A DNA stretch of 47,512 nucleotides, from contig JAFCCI010000001.1 of NCBI GenBank assembly GCA_017610275.1, positions 1 to 47,512 of the forward strand, written 5' to 3'. Under the pieces are notes generated by a model. It worked only from the letters and a program-made list of their open reading frames with translations, was not told where the DNA came from and did not search any database. Both the position numbers and the translations under genes were made by a program. Positions 25,414 through 34,107 of the stretch are shown here, piece by piece. The DNA comes from Candidatus Woesearchaeota archaeon. GTDB lineage: Archaea; Nanobdellota; Nanobdellia; Woesearchaeales; CG1-02-33-12. Position 1 is the stretch's first letter; each line of letters begins with the position of its first letter.

Positions 25414-25977
25414 CTAAAGCTTTTTGGATGCACACCTTGTGCAAAGAAATGAGCCCTCAATTTCTCTTAGGTTTGTTGATGGAAAACCGCAAGCTTCACA
25501 TATACCATCTGATATTGGTCCGCCAAAAATAGGTTTTCTTGCTTCTTCTCTTAATTCAAACTTCTCAACCATTAGCTCAAACAGCTCTGGCTGTATTTTA
25601 AGTATATCTTTTAGTGTAAGCAAGCCAACCATCTCTTTTTTGTTCATAACAGGAAGGTGTCTTACATCGCTGTCCTTCATCTTTTTGAGAGCATCATAAA
25701 TATCTTTTTCAGGGTTGATTGTTATGACTTTTTTTATCATCACTTCTTCAGCCTTTAATTCTTTAGGATTTAGTTTTTTTGCAATAACCCTTCTTACAAT
25801 ATCCCTGTCAGACAATATGCCAAGAAGTTGAGAATCCTTTGTTATAACAAGACTTCCTATGTGATTGTCCCTCATCTTTAAAGCACATTCTTCAATAGAA
25901 GTTTCTGGTGAAACAGAAACAGGCTTTTTTGTCATGGCATCACATATCTTATAACCTGTCTTATAGTTTAATCTCAT
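25414..25977 (-). CDS. CBS-domain pair protein with a C-terminal zinc ribbon
   Basis: Two CBS repeats (HIGSLVIT..., VRHLPVMNKKEMVGLLTLKDIL) and C-terminal CEACG...CTRC. I prefer the ATG at 25977 to the TTG at 25989. Confidence 0.8.
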   Translation of the reverse strand: MRLNYKTGYKICDAMTKKPVSVSPETSIEECALKMRDNHIGSLVITKDSQLLGILSDRDIVRRVIAKKLNPKELKAEEVMIKKVITINPEKDIYDALKKMKDSDVRHLPVMNKKEMVGLLTLKDILKIQPELFELMVEKFELREEARKPIFGGPISDGICEACGFPSTNLREIEGSFLCTRCASKKL

Positions 25978-26071
25978 ATAAACCCCCAATATTAATATAA
26001 TATCTTTCTAGTTAATAAACTTAAGTAAAATAGAAAATATATAATCCAGAGTATAATTAAAAAAGATTAAA

Positions 26072-27916
26072 TCAGTAGTTAATCAATATCTCTACATTCT
26101 TGCCAAAGATTTTTTTCATGTCTTCAAATATTGGCTCTTTTATAAAAACCTTTGACAGAATCTCTATCTTTGATAGCTCTTTCTCAAGCTCTTCAAGAGA
26201 ACTCTTAGTGATTCTTCCTAAGCCGCCGTTAGACATTATTTCTGCCTTAGTAATCTTTTTTTCCTCCTTGTCAATATCATGTGTAATATAAGCCTTTTTT
26301 CCAAGCAAAAGAACTTCTCCATATTTGTCTCCGTATTTTACTCTTATCTTTGTTCTTTCAACATCAATGCCCCTTTTTCTTTGAATATGCTCTATCATAA
26401 ACCTAATAAATTCCTGAGAGCTTTTTTTAACCTTCTCAATCTCTGCCTTTGTCAGTTTTTTGTTGTCATAGTCTTTCTTTGCCTTCATTATGGCATGCAG
26501 TATTCTTAGGAACTTTGCAGGAATCTTTCCTTTGCTTATTACTTCATTCTCAAATATTTTTACTATTTCCGAATCACTGGCTTTTTCTATTCCCTCTAGC
26601 TTAAGGATATCTCTTATAACTGTAAGAACTGTGTCATAAACATGAAGCATTGATTCTTCTTCTCTTATTTTTTCTATCTGACTGAACAATTTCTTTATTC
26701 TTTTAAGATAGTCTTCTGCGTTCCCTAATAATAAATCTACTTCTTTGCCGCTAAGTTCCTTGTCTTTTCCATGCTCAAGATCCTTTCTGACTTGTATGTT
26801 GTTTTCAAGTATTTTTACATACTTATCCTCCAGCATTTTTTCTTTTTTTACAAAAAGATGCCTCATCAATTCAGGAGTTTCCTTTGGTGTTGGAGGCGGA
26901 ACACCATAAAGCATAAGCGCTGCCTGGCTTGGTGTTAAGATAGCCCAGAACGTGTCTTCCATTCCCAAATCCCTTATCTTAGACTTTACATGCTTTAGCA
27001 TCTGCTCACCGCTGTTCATGTACATATCGATTGCTTCTGCAGATGGCTTTATCTTGCCCATTTTCAACAGCTGCTTCCAAGGCATAAATATTCCCCTGTC
27101 ATAGAATGGAACTCCATCCCTCAAAAAAGTGAATATTATTGGGTTGGCTTCTTTTATGTTATCCCAAAAGTCTGTAAGTATATACACCTGAATATTCAAC
27201 TTGTTCTTGATTCCTGTAATTTCGCCAGCTTCCATTCCCATTGTTATTATTATTGCCCTTAGCTTGTCTTTCAGCTCTGCCCTTGTCATTTTTTTGACAT
27301 CTGTGTCATCTACAACAATAAAAACATCAATATCTGACTCAGCTGTTGACTTTCCCTGCACAAGAGAGCCTGCAAGTACATAGCTTACAATATATTTCTC
27401 AAACTTCTTAATTACCATTGACTTATGAATCTCAGCTATCTTTATGGCAGACAGCATTCCAGTATCATAAACAGGGGCAGACATTGCAATAAGCTCTAAT
27501 AATTCATATTTTGCATCATAGCAGCTCTGCCATAGTTCAGAAAGAATAATTGTCTGCGGAGCAAGGTTTTTATCAACTTCCTTTGCCATTTCTTCTATTA
27601 TTGATGAGAGTTTTGTTTTTAGCTCATCCTTAGACATCTTCTTGCTGTCAGAATCATCAACTAAAACAAGAACATTAATCTGCTCACTTGGTTTTTCATC
27701 TTTTTCTGGCTTTTTTGGCGGCAGAAGCGCAATGCCGGTTATATAATTTTCAAACTTTTTCAGAATTAGTTTTTGAAATTTATCAAGCTTTGACTTGATT
27801 GCCTTTAGTTTTTTCTGGGCATCTTTTGGAAGCTTTGACTTAATTTCCTTGAACTGGTCATTTTCCTTTGATTTTGTATTTTTAGTATTATTTTTTTTAT
27901 TTTGTTTTTTGGCCAT
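26072..27916 (-). CDS. large protein with two tandem minimal-nucleotidyltransferase-like domains and a helical C-terminal region
   Basis: The second domain has the Pol-beta NTase signature GSLVQGKSTAESDIDVFIVVDD. The first is a degenerate duplicate (VLVLVDDSDSKKMSKDELKTKL versus VFIVVDDTDVKKMTRAELKDKL). The ATG at 27916 has an AGGTGG SD. Confidence 0.6.
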   Translation of the reverse strand: MAKKQNKKNNTKNTKSKENDQFKEIKSKLPKDAQKKLKAIKSKLDKFQKLILKKFENYITGIALLPPKKPEKDEKPSEQINVLVLVDDSDSKKMSKDELKTKLSSIIEEMAKEVDKNLAPQTIILSELWQSCYDAKYELLELIAMSAPVYDTGMLSAIKIAEIHKSMVIKKFEKYIVSYVLAGSLVQGKSTAESDIDVFIVVDDTDVKKMTRAELKDKLRAIIITMGMEAGEITGIKNKLNIQVYILTDFWDNIKEANPIIFTFLRDGVPFYDRGIFMPWKQLLKMGKIKPSAEAIDMYMNSGEQMLKHVKSKIRDLGMEDTFWAILTPSQAALMLYGVPPPTPKETPELMRHLFVKKEKMLEDKYVKILENNIQVRKDLEHGKDKELSGKEVDLLLGNAEDYLKRIKKLFSQIEKIREEESMLHVYDTVLTVIRDILKLEGIEKASDSEIVKIFENEVISKGKIPAKFLRILHAIMKAKKDYDNKKLTKAEIEKVKKSSQEFIRFMIEHIQRKRGIDVERTKIRVKYGDKYGEVLLLGKKAYITHDIDKEEKKITKAEIMSNGGLGRITKSSLEELEKELSKIEILSKVFIKEPIFEDMKKIFGKNVEILINY

Positions 27917-28051
27917 ATTATCCACCTGCTTGCTTTAATTATAAGATTAACTAAAATAAGATTATTATCAGGCATATATAAATCTTTTTAAAAAACTTCG
28001 GAGATTTTTCGGAATATGTATATTTAAATTAACTCCTTTTCAAAGAAAAAA

Positions 28052-28546
28052 CTATTCTATTATGCCATGCTCTGAGTCATCTTCTACTCCCAAGAATTTA
28101 ATAGAAGGAAATCCTTTTTTATGGTCTTCCCACATTTCTTCAATTATAACAGAAGGAAAAACCTTGATATTATTAAGCTCTTTTTTTGAAAAGAATTTTA
28201 CTTGCTTAATATAATTCTCATCTTCTCCTTTTCCAATAATTCCTTTAATAGATATTCTTCCTTTGTGGCTTAAGGAATTTATAAATATCTCAATATTATT
28301 AGCCTTCTGCTGATGAAAAATTAATTGCCTTATATAAGCAATTTTATCTAATTTTACATTTAGGTTTGTTTCCTCTTTTACCTCTCTTTTCCCGCACTCA
28401 AAAATAGATTCAGTTTCTTTTAATCCACCGCCTGGTGGCACCCACCAGGTAAACCCTGTTACAGGGTCAACATGCTTAACTAATAATATCTTATTATTTT
28501 CAAAGATTAAAACACCAACCCTTATTCTGTTTTTCAGTTTAACCAC
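28052..28546 (-). CDS. NUDIX hydrolase
   Basis: 164 aa. Nudix box GGGLKETESIFECGKREVKEETNL. GTG start. Confidence 0.8.
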   Translation of the reverse strand: MVKLKNRIRVGVLIFENNKILLVKHVDPVTGFTWWVPPGGGLKETESIFECGKREVKEETNLNVKLDKIAYIRQLIFHQQKANNIEIFINSLSHKGRISIKGIIGKGEDENYIKQVKFFSKKELNNIKVFPSVIIEEMWEDHKKGFPSIKFLGVEDDSEHGIIE

Positions 28547-28557
28547 CTTTTATTAAA

Positions 28558-29565
28558 TTATTCAAGCAATTTACTTATTGATTTGCTATGATTTAACCTG
28601 CTGATAACTTCTGCAAAGTAACTTGCAACAGAAACCTCTTTATACCAAGGATTGTTTTCCTGGAAATCATTTTTGTGATAAACAGCGTCAGTTCCAATAA
28701 CTGCTGTTAAATGCCCCTTTTCATAAGCTTTTGTTATTTTTTCTAATGCATTTCCATTAAATAAAGCAAGGCTGCAAGCCACATATATCTTTTTAGCACC
28801 ATTTTCTTTAGCTTTCTTAACAACATTTATCAAAGTTTCAGCAGTATCAATCATGTCATCTATTATTAGAACATCTCTCCCTTTAACCTCTCCTACTATC
28901 TGGGTTGATTCAAGGGAATTAGGCACATCATAGTTTCTGTCCTTATAGGCAAAAACTAAGCGTGTTTTAAGTTGTTTAGCATAATGTTTAGCTTTTGGTG
29001 CTCCACCCAAATCGGGAGGCATAATTACTAAATTTTCAAGATTGAACATTTTTTTATGGCACTTAATATAATCAATAATATTTTTAGAGGCATGTAAATC
29101 TTCAAATTTAGCCTTTCTAAAAAATCCAGCAATAGATGTGTTATGCACATCTAAGGTTATAACACGATTTGCATGAGCGTCCTCAATCTCTCTTGCAACT
29201 GCTGCTGCAGTTATTCCTTCCCTTCCCTTTTGTTTATCCTGCCTTGCATAGGGAAATACAGGAATAATTGTTGTTATATAATTTGCATCACTTCTCCATG
29301 CAGCATCAATAGCTGTTTTTAATGCCCTTAAATTTTCATCAACAGAACACCCATTAGCAGAATTTTCAACATCCTGAATAATATAAACATCTGCTCCCCT
29401 TATACTCTCTTTTATAACTGATTTTCTTTCTGTGTTTGCAAATTTTACTTCACTAGAACTAATAAATCTAACATCTCCATTTTTTTTAATAATCTCATCT
29501 AGAATTTTCTTTGCAAAATGTCTCCCTGATTCACAGGCGAGAATACTTAACTTGCCCCTTGTCAT
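28558..29565 (-). CDS. prs: ribose-phosphate pyrophosphokinase (PRPP synthetase)
   Basis: 335 aa. Motifs FPYARQDK and the PRPP-binding loop VLIIDDMIDTAETL. Confidence 0.9.
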   Translation of the reverse strand: MTRGKLSILACESGRHFAKKILDEIIKKNGDVRFISSSEVKFANTERKSVIKESIRGADVYIIQDVENSANGCSVDENLRALKTAIDAAWRSDANYITTIIPVFPYARQDKQKGREGITAAAVAREIEDAHANRVITLDVHNTSIAGFFRKAKFEDLHASKNIIDYIKCHKKMFNLENLVIMPPDLGGAPKAKHYAKQLKTRLVFAYKDRNYDVPNSLESTQIVGEVKGRDVLIIDDMIDTAETLINVVKKAKENGAKKIYVACSLALFNGNALEKITKAYEKGHLTAVIGTDAVYHKNDFQENNPWYKEVSVASYFAEVISRLNHSKSISKLLE

Positions 29566-29673
29566 AATACCACCCTAAAACTTAAACAAATGAGCATCTT
29601 TAAAAATATTTATATCATATAAAATATTTAACAAAGAAAACAAATAAATACTAGCTCTATTAGGAAATATTAT

Positions 29674-31062
29674 ATGCAAATAAAACTTTTTGGAGCAGCC
29701 AAGACAGTAACCGGCTCTTGCTATAGCCTGGTTACAGGAAAAAACAAAATTCTTATTGACTGCGGCATGTTTCAGGGAAGCAAGAAAGAGACAGCCTTAA
29801 ACTATGGAAATTTTGGATTTAACCCAAAGGACTATTCAGCACTTCTCCTTACACATGCGCATCTTGACCACTGCGGCAGGATTCCTAAGCTTGTGAAAGA
29901 AGGTTTTAATGGAAAAATTTATTGCACATCAGCAACAAAAGACTTGGCCCGTATTATTATGCTGGATTCTGCAAAAATAAACTGGTATGATGTTAAATTA
30001 GAGAATAAGAGAAGACAAAGATTAGGCCAGCCACCAAGAGAGCCAATATATACTGAAAAGGATGTTGAAAATACAATGAAATTATTTGATGTTATTGAAT
30101 ATGACAAAACTATCCAAATTTCTGAGAATATTAGTGCAACTTTTTATGATGCAGGCCATATCCTTGGGTCAAGCTTTATTCAGGTTAAAATAATTGAGGA
30201 AGGTAAGATCACAACAATTGTTTTCTCAGGTGATCTTGGTCAGGAAAACACACCAATAATAAAAAATCTGGAGCATATTAAAAAGGCAGACTGCATATTT
30301 ATTGAGTCAACCTATGGAGACAGGATACATCCGCCAATAAAAGAAAGAAAGCAAGAGCTTCTCAGTATAATACATAAAATCTATAATAATGGTGGAAAGC
30401 TTCTTATCCCTGCATTTGCAGTTGAAAGAACACAGGAGATTCTTTATGATATTAACGAATTAGTTGAGAAAAACCTAATTCCTAAGATAAATATTTATGT
30501 TGATACTCCTATGGGCATAAGGGTAACAGAAGTTTTCAAGAGGCATCCTGAATGCTATGATAAAAAAATACTAGAGCTTCTTAAATCAGGAGACAACCCA
30601 TTTTCTTTTCCTGGATTAAAATATACTCTCTCTGTAAAAGACTCAATTAAGCTTAACAACCTTCATGAGCCATGCATAATAATTGCAGGCAGCGGGATGT
30701 GTACTGGCGGCAGGATAAAACATCACATAAAGCACAATATATGGAATAAAAGAAACACAATGCTGTTTGTGGGCTATCAGGCAAAGGGCACTCTTGGCTA
30801 TTATATAAAAAGAGGGGAAAAAAGAATAAGGCTTTTGGGAACACAAGTAGTTGTCAAGGCAAAGATTGAATCAATTGATAGTTTTTCAGCCCATGCAGAT
30901 TATAAAGGCCTGCTTAACTGGCTCAAGCATTTTTCTCCAAAGCCAAAAAAAGTCTTTATAGTGCATGGTGAAGAAGAGGCAATGATACCTTTCTCAAAAA
31001 GAATTGAAAAGCTTGGCATAAAGACAAAAATTCCTGAGATGGAAGAAGAAATTACTCTTTAA
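29674..31062 (+). CDS. beta-CASP metallo-beta-lactamase-fold ribonuclease (aCPSF2/Ysh1-like, no KH domains)
   Basis: 462 aa. HAHLDHCG (HxHxDH) and beta-CASP motifs ESTYGD and SFSAHAD, with terminal VHGEE. Confidence 0.85.
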   Translation: MQIKLFGAAKTVTGSCYSLVTGKNKILIDCGMFQGSKKETALNYGNFGFNPKDYSALLLTHAHLDHCGRIPKLVKEGFNGKIYCTSATKDLARIIMLDSAKINWYDVKLENKRRQRLGQPPREPIYTEKDVENTMKLFDVIEYDKTIQISENISATFYDAGHILGSSFIQVKIIEEGKITTIVFSGDLGQENTPIIKNLEHIKKADCIFIESTYGDRIHPPIKERKQELLSIIHKIYNNGGKLLIPAFAVERTQEILYDINELVEKNLIPKINIYVDTPMGIRVTEVFKRHPECYDKKILELLKSGDNPFSFPGLKYTLSVKDSIKLNNLHEPCIIIAGSGMCTGGRIKHHIKHNIWNKRNTMLFVGYQAKGTLGYYIKRGEKRIRLLGTQVVVKAKIESIDSFSAHADYKGLLNWLKHFSPKPKKVFIVHGEEEAMIPFSKRIEKLGIKTKIPEMEEEITL

Positions 31063-32032
31063 TGATATTCTTTATTTCTTCCTGTAAGTTTCTGTTTATC
31101 ATTGAGTCATGGCTTGCAACAACCTGCGCAGCAACATAAGAAGCAATCTTTCCTGAGGTTTTTACATCAAAGCCATGTGAGATTCCATAGAGAAAGCCGC
31201 CAGCATAAGCATCTCCTGCTCCGGTTGTGTTTATGGCGTTTACCTTAAAGCCATTTATTTTGTGAAGGCCATCATTATTCATAATAAGACTGCCTTTTTC
31301 TCCAATCTTTACAATTGCAATATCACAGGATTTTTTTATTTCCTCAACTGCCTCAATTGGTTTTTTGTTGGTTAGCTTTTCTGCTTCATCTTCATTTACA
31401 AAGATAATATCAGCATAATCTTTCATTATCTTATTTACTTTTTCCCTGTGCCTTTCTATCAGTGCACGGTCTGCCAAGTCAATTGAAATTAAGATATTAT
31501 TCTTTTTTGCATATTCCATTGCATAAAATACTGCTTCTGCCGGTTTTTCACCATCCAATTGATATGCAGCAAAGTGTAATATCTTTGAATTACTTATATT
31601 ATTAAGGTTAATATGTTCTATGCTTAATTCCATTGCAGCTCCAAGATGGGTGACCATTGTCCTTTCTGTATCAGGAGTTACCATAATAACAGATGTGCCC
31701 TGCATTTCATTGCATGATTTTAAATCAGACATAATACCAATCTTCTTAATAAGATTTCGATAAGTATTGCCATTAAAATCATTTCCAGTCATTCCCAGAA
31801 AAAGAGGATTTCCCCCAAGCCTGCATACTGCTACAAGTGAGTTTGCAGCACTTCCACCAGGAGAATTTTTTACAAAGTTTTCATCAAGCATGGAAAGTAT
31901 CTTCCTGCTTTGCTCAGAATTTACAAGGTGCATCTTACTCTTTGTAAGGCCATTCTTAACTATAAAATCCTCGCTAACCTTTGCAACCTTATCAAGAAGA
32001 GGATATCCAATGCCTATAACATCATATTTCAT
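31052..32032 (-). CDS. PfkB-family kinase (adenosine/ribokinase-like)
   Basis: Motifs NSPGGSAANS and NTTGAGDAYAGGFLYG. I placed the start at the ATG at 32032 (MKYDVIGIG...) because the track's 20-codon extension reads through a tRNA-Ser 3' fragment and a T-run. Confidence 0.85.
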   Translation of the reverse strand: MKYDVIGIGYPLLDKVAKVSEDFIVKNGLTKSKMHLVNSEQSRKILSMLDENFVKNSPGGSAANSLVAVCRLGGNPLFLGMTGNDFNGNTYRNLIKKIGIMSDLKSCNEMQGTSVIMVTPDTERTMVTHLGAAMELSIEHINLNNISNSKILHFAAYQLDGEKPAEAVFYAMEYAKKNNILISIDLADRALIERHREKVNKIMKDYADIIFVNEDEAEKLTNKKPIEAVEEIKKSCDIAIVKIGEKGSLIMNNDGLHKINGFKVNAINTTGAGDAYAGGFLYGISHGFDVKTSGKIASYVAAQVVASHDSMINRNLQEEIKNIIKE

Positions 32033-32041
32033 CTTTGTTCC

Positions 32042-32066
32042 AAATAAAAAACCGCCGGGACTGGAC
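32042..32066 (-). repeat. duplicated tRNA-Ser 3' segment plus trailer (direct repeat of 37519-37545)
   Basis: The minus strand reads GT-CCAGTCCCGGCGG-TTTTTTATTT. At the intact tRNA-Ser 3' end it reads GTCCCAGTCCCGGCGGATTTTTTATTT. That is 13 plus 10 identical nt with two 1-nt indels. Confidence 0.75.
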
Positions 32067-32261
32067 GTCCGGACATTAAAGTAAAAAACCAACTATTTTT
32101 GCTGCTTTTTGGTTTCCTTTGTGTTTGCAAAGATGTAGTTATATAATAATCTTATGGTCTATAGCTTAGCATATCAACTAAACCAGAAAACGAATTATTA
32201 TTCTTTATTTATTGGGATAGTTGAATAAAATATTCATACTTGCTCAACCTATTTTAGTACC

Positions 32262-32924
32262 TTAAGAAACTCTCTTGATTTTTCTTTTAATAAGTTTAGC
32301 TACCCCATCAGGACTTAAACTTTCTGTATTAATCTCTATTATTTCTGTAACATCTGTGTTATATAAATTTCTAGCTTTGGCACTAATTAACTTTTTATAC
32401 ATTCCTACAAAATCCTTCTTAAGGAATAAACTATCATATTTTGACAATTGTTTGGCTTTAGACCTTCTTATTAGCTCTCCAAATGGAGCATCCAGGATAA
32501 ACAGATAATCTGGTTTTGGATCATTAGCTATAGCATTAAGAGTTCCTTCAAGACAATTTTTCCTTAATGGGCATTCAGGTCCAATGATTTCTAATGTTGT
32601 GAGATGAGATATTGCATTACGATCCCTCACTATATTGTATCCCTCTTTCAACAGCTTTAAGACCTCTTTGTTTCCAGTTATTAGATCTGCTAAATAATCA
32701 TAACAACCAGTTTTATTTAATCTTTCAAATGCAGATCTATTTATCCTCTCAATCTTTTCTGCATTTATTGGTCTTTTGTAATATTCCCAGCTGCCATCAA
32801 GAACATTGCTTAAAATCTTTCCAACTGTTGTTTTACCTGAACACGTAACTCCTTCTATAACAACATATAGATTAGGATAAACTCTTGATTCCAGATATTC
32901 ATACAAACTTTTTTTGTTGGGCAT
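32262..32924 (-). CDS. P-loop nucleotide kinase-like protein (thymidylate/deoxynucleotide kinase fold)
   Basis: 220 aa. P-loop VVIEGVTCSGKTT and a DR motif VRDRNAISH, resembling the IEGxDGxGKTT / DRY pattern of dTMP kinases. Substrate unknown. Confidence 0.6.
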   Translation of the reverse strand: MPNKKSLYEYLESRVYPNLYVVIEGVTCSGKTTVGKILSNVLDGSWEYYKRPINAEKIERINRSAFERLNKTGCYDYLADLITGNKEVLKLLKEGYNIVRDRNAISHLTTLEIIGPECPLRKNCLEGTLNAIANDPKPDYLFILDAPFGELIRRSKAKQLSKYDSLFLKKDFVGMYKKLISAKARNLYNTDVTEIIEINTESLSPDGVAKLIKRKIKRVS

Positions 32925-33027
32925 ACTATTCTTGATTTTAGGGAAACTATATAAATCTTATCTTTTTTACTATTAGTCAGTAGTTTTAATAGAAAGGTAT
33001 TTAAATAGGACGCTTATTATTTTAGAT

Positions 33028-34107
33028 ATGACTTCACATAAATGGATGATTGGCTTAGGAATCACATCTCACTGCAATATGTCCTGCTCTTTTTGCTACA
33101 GTAAATATAGAAGAACAAACAATGATCTCCCACTCAATAAATGGCTAAATTTCTTTGATAAGAATCATAAAGAGATAAGGGATATTAATTTTGGAACTGG
33201 TGAGAATACGATTTCTGCTGATTGGTATATTTTAATAGAATATATAAGGAAAAAATACCCTAAAATAAAACAGGCAATTACTACAAACGGTTCCCTTTCA
33301 ATGATGATTAAAAAAAATAGGGCTTATGGGAATATAATTGCTAAGGCAATTGATGAGATAGATGTTTCTTTGGATTTTGGTGATGAAAAAAAACATATCA
33401 ATTTTAGGGGCAATTCTAATGCCTATAAATGGGCTATTGATACACTCCGGTTCTGCAGGGATCATAAAATACAATCAACAATTGTGGTAATGGGGATTGA
33501 GGATACCCTTAAAATTGAAAACCTGGAGAAAATTTTCAAAATAGCAAAAAAATATGGGGCGCTTATCAGATTCAATTTATACAGGCCCGTAAACAAATTA
33601 TGTACATTAAAACCCCCAAAAATAAAAGCAATAATCCTTGCTCTGGACTGGATAAATGAGAACCATATAATATGTTCATTAAGTGATCCACTTTTTAGCT
33701 CTATTTTAACAGATTCTGATATAAACCCGGATTCATCAGGGATTAATAGCATGAGAATTCTTCCAGATGGGGGAATATACCCCTCAACCTATTTAATAAA
33801 TGAGGAATTCAAGTCATACAATATTACAGATAAGGATGTTCTCCAAAAAATCAACTCATCAAATATTTTCACAAAAATAAGGAAAAGCAGTCTACCAAAA
33901 GATTGTGAAAGCTGCCCAAATAGGAATCGCTGCAAGGGTGGAGCTGTAGACCGAAGATACCTTTGGTATGGTACCTTGGAAAAAAGGGACCCTTATTGTC
34001 CAAAAAACTTTGATCTTCCGTTGAAGCTCAGGAAATATAAGACAGATAAGTCTTTCAGTTCTATTCATGACGGATATCTGCCAACACTATTTTTTAAACC
34101 AAAATGA
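33028..34107 (+). CDS. radical SAM protein with a degenerate SPASM/twitch-like C-terminal Cys cluster
   Basis: 359 aa. CNMSCSFC (CxxxCxxC) near the N-terminus. C-terminal ILPDGGIYPS...CESCPNRNRCKGG...YCP. TATTTAAATA box about 30 nt upstream. Confidence 0.85.
   Translation: MTSHKWMIGLGITSHCNMSCSFCYSKYRRTNNDLPLNKWLNFFDKNHKEIRDINFGTGENTISADWYILIEYIRKKYPKIKQAITTNGSLSMMIKKNRAYGNIIAKAIDEIDVSLDFGDEKKHINFRGNSNAYKWAIDTLRFCRDHKIQSTIVVMGIEDTLKIENLEKIFKIAKKYGALIRFNLYRPVNKLCTLKPPKIKAIILALDWINENHIICSLSDPLFSSILTDSDINPDSSGINSMRILPDGGIYPSTYLINEEFKSYNITDKDVLQKINSSNIFTKIRKSSLPKDCESCPNRNRCKGGAVDRRYLWYGTLEKRDPYCPKNFDLPLKLRKYKTDKSFSSIHDGYLPTLFFKPK

Noticed and set aside
32033-32092. 20-codon N-terminal extension (MVFYFNVRTSSPGGFLFGTK) of the PfkB kinase
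   Set aside because: It reads through the tRNA-Ser 3' fragment and a T-run. PfkB kinases normally begin right at the MKYDVIGIG beta-strand.
32150-32190. tRNA-like string GGTCTATAGCTTAGCATATCAAC in the islet-flanking spacer
   Set aside because: It resembles an acceptor plus D-arm start only. No anticodon arm, T-arm or complementary 3' acceptor strand could be found nearby, so it is most likely chance.
32154-32228. 24-aa ORF (MVYSLAYQLNQKTNYYSLFIGIVE) in the spacer next to the islet, considered as a RiPP precursor for the radical SAM/SPASM enzyme
   Set aside because: It has no SD, no Cys/Gly-rich core and no leader-like features, and it is convergent with the kinase gene. An ORF this short is expected by chance.
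33028-34107. Radical SAM next to a nucleotide kinase, considered as a prokaryotic viperin (pVip)
   Set aside because: The CxxxCxxC context (CNMSCSFC) and the C-terminal SPASM/twitch-like Cys cluster do not fit the viperin architecture as I know it. A functional analogy remains possible, but homology is not supported.
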